From the NCBI RefSeq assembly GCF_051105105.1, contig NZ_CP185339.1: a stretch of DNA of 64,000 nucleotides. One strand, 5' to 3'. Shown here one piece after another: positions 61,820 through 64,000 of the stretch. Source of the DNA: Nannocystis pusilla. GTDB lineage: Bacteria > Myxococcota_A > Polyangia > Nannocystales > Nannocystaceae. Under the pieces are notes generated by a model. That model had not been told where the DNA came from. It worked only from the letters and a program-made list of their open reading frames with translations, and searched no databases. Position 1 is the stretch's first letter, and the number at the start of each line of letters is the position of its first letter. The translations under genes were made by a program, and so were the position numbers.

Positions 61820-63532
61820 TCACTCGCCGCGAGGTTCGAGGTCGGGGTCGATCAGCGCGCGCACGTAGGCGTGGTAGTGCGTGGCGATCGCCGCCTCGAA
61901 CCTGGCCTGAAGTTCAGGCGACATGCCGAACGGCCCGTCGGCCCAGAAGCTGAAGTCGGCGATGAAGTCGTCCTCGGAGCGGTCGTAGACGCGCCAGTCG
62001 ATCGCGGGGAACGGCGGGAGGCTGTCGGACAGCGGGAACTCGAGCCACGCGCGCAAGCTGGTGCTCCCGGCGCTCGGCTCGTCGTCCTCGTCGTCCGTGT
62101 CGCGCGGGTTGGTGTACGCAACGTCGAGGCCGTTGCGGCCCAGCAGCTCGCGCCAGAACCGGGCGACGATCCGGAACAGCGCCGCGTCGCCGTCGATCGG
62201 CATCACGTGGCCGTTCCACGGGTCGCTCATCAGGATCGTCTCGAACTCGCCGCCGGGCGGGCACAGCGCGATCCGGTCCTCCTGGAACGTCCCGGGCTCG
62301 GGACGATGGCACGGGCAGAACAGCACGGTCCAGCCGTCGAGCTCGAGCGCCGCGAGCAGCTGGTCGTCGACGCTCTCGCGCAGCGCGTCGGTCTCGGCCT
62401 CGTCGAGCAGGCGGACGCGCGCCGCGGCCGCGGCGAGGCGCTCCTCGCTCAGCCTCGCCCGCGGCGACGGAGCCGGCGGCGGACCGGGCGGGCCCTCGGC
62501 GACCCACGTCGCCAGCAGGCCCAGTGGTTGCGACGCCCTGAGAAACCCGTGGCACAGAAACACGTCGTCGACCTCGACGTCCTCGCGGGCGAGGTACTCC
62601 TGCGCCGCGGCCCGCCACGTTTCGACGGCCGCGCGCGCGACCGATTCGTCGGTCGGCGCGGCGTCCAGGTAGTCCTCCACCGCGAGCGAGCTTACGTACA
62701 CCTCGCGCTCGTGGATGTCGACCAGCTCGCCGCCCGCGTGCGTGGCGACGCGCACCAGCCAGCGCAACAGGCCGTATTGGGGCGCCTCGTCGTCGTGCCG
62801 GACCGACATCAGGTGCAGCGCGTGGCGCGTATCGCCGGCGACCACCTCGACGAGCGGACGCTCAGCGCCGGCGCCGAGCAGCTCGATCCCGCGGGTGAGC
62901 AGCCACCCGGCTCGTCCGCCGACGGTCTCGGGGATCAGCGCCTGCAGCAGCGCGCCTGCGGTCGTCTCGGGATAGCCCGGGCGCGGAGCGGCGAGCGCCG
63001 AGCGCAGCGCCGCCTCGGCCCGTGCGCGCCAGTCCGGCGCGACCGGGAGCTCGATTTGCGATGTACGACGGCATGCGGACCACGCCGCGCGCCCGCAGCT
63101 CGACGTCGCCGGCGCTCCAGCGCATCGCTACGTGCATGTGGCCCTCGCTGTTGCAGAGGTACGGCACCGACCAGTCGACCTGCAGCGCTCGCGCCCCGTC
63201 GGCGACGCGCAGGCCGTCGAGCATCCGGCCCTTCAGCGCCGCGCCGACGCTACCTGGCCAATCGGACAGCTCCGCGAGCTCGTCGCGGACGAGCGCCGCG
63301 AGCTCGGCCCGCAGCGCCGGCTCGGCCGCGTCGCCCACCTCGGCGAGCGCGACGATCGCCAGCTCGGGGCCGCGAGGGAGGCACTGCGTGCGCCGCAATT
63401 CCTCGGCGAGCGCCTCGCGGTCGAGCCTCGGCACGCTCGTCGGCGGCCACGCGACGGGCAGGTCCCGCGGCAGCGCGGCCGCCCGCGACAGCGCCTCGAT
63501 CAGGGCCTCGGACCATTCGACGGAGCTCATCG
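61820..63532 (-). CDS. hypothetical protein (~570 aa), frameshifted near 63040
   Basis: ORF 62862..63911 (start 'MSSVEWSEAL' ~63532) continues in the frame of ORF 61820..62845 ('...LVEVVAGDTRHALHLMSVRH...'). No family recognised. Confidence 0.4.
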
Positions 63533-64000
63533 GATCCACCGTAGCGCATCCGTGGGCCGGGTCCCACGGCCTCATGGACGATGCGCTCGCGGACCGCGGC
63601 GCCTTTCGTGACAGACGCCGTCGAGGCGCCTCGACGGCTCGCCGTCTCGGCCCCGGCTCTCTCGCGGCCGCGGCAGCCGCCCCAGCCAGGTCCGCAGGGG
63701 GTACCGGCCCGACGAGCACGCATCGTCCCGGCGTGGGCCCCGTGTCGAGGTCGACCTGCCGATCGGGCGCTCTGTAGAGCCGCTCGCGGCCGACTCCGTG
63801 TCTCAGCATCAAGCCGCGCCGCCCCATCGGGCCCCGACGAACGCCGCCGGCCGACACAGTACCGGCCCAGACGGGAGGACTCGCGGCCATGTCGCCCGAA
63901 GCGCTTTGCACCCGCCGGTCGTCATGACGAGGCAGCGGCGGTGACGGGCCCGAAGCCGCCTTTGGGGGCGACCGGGGCCGAAATTGGTGTGCGAACGGGC

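Noticed and set aside
1-64000. CRISPR arrays, rRNA/tRNA genes, IS elements/transposases, integrases
   Set aside because: No spacer-repeat periodicity, no conserved rRNA or tRNA-like segments, and no DDE or tyrosine-recombinase-like ORFs were seen. tRNAs cannot be fully excluded by eye.

Overview
This is a ~70% GC window that looks myxobacterial by composition and gene content: many lipoproteins with Myxococcus-type CGDG...ECDDGN cysteine-rich repeats, a giant helical-repeat protein, an ECF sigma factor, and Tat/Sec-secreted enzymes. No rRNA, tRNA, CRISPR array or transposase was recognised. Genes are dense on both strands, and most long ORFs antisense to real genes are GC-bias artefacts.

Main contents:
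- 74-7425: the 5' part of an aryl-polyene (APE)/flexirubin-like lipid cluster. It contains a MIO-type aromatic amino acid ammonia-lyase, an LpxL-like acyltransferase, a GT2 glycosyltransferase, an AMP-ligase fused to a hot-dog domain, a membrane protein and an ACP. A 3-oxoacyl-ACP reductase (FabG) is transcribed divergently from it.
- Housekeeping and accessory genes: M16 and S41 peptidases, a TetR and an XRE regulator with palindromic operators, a SAM methyltransferase, an MFS transporter, a P-type ATPase, a CBS-domain protein, a Tat-signal multicopper oxidase, a PAP2 phosphatase and a SUKH-like (SMI1/KNR4-like) protein.
- 38743-48366: a ~9.6 kb helical-repeat (TPR-like) protein.
- 48.5-57 kb: an island of secreted cysteine-rich, LRR and DUF1554-like lipoproteins.
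- 57590-61082: an ECF sigma factor apparently fused to a transmembrane CarboxypepD_reg/PDZ sensor.

The most unusual signal is a very abundant family of short GC-rich palindromic elements. The consensus is roughly CACCTGTCCC-TTCG-GGACAGGTG, with GGACATGTCC-type variants, and there are about 40 copies in 64 kb. They sit in intergenic hairpin-like positions and also in frame inside coding sequences, usually in low-complexity linkers, where they give recurring peptides such as DMS-GT and PVPADS. This resembles the in-frame Rickettsia palindromic elements but in a high-GC genome.

The window also carries an unusual number of apparent frameshifts, at least 14, several at homopolymers. Either the assembly is error-prone or many genes are pseudogenised, so every gene boundary here needs caution. 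Coordinates I derived by reading the sequence may be off by a few nucleotides.
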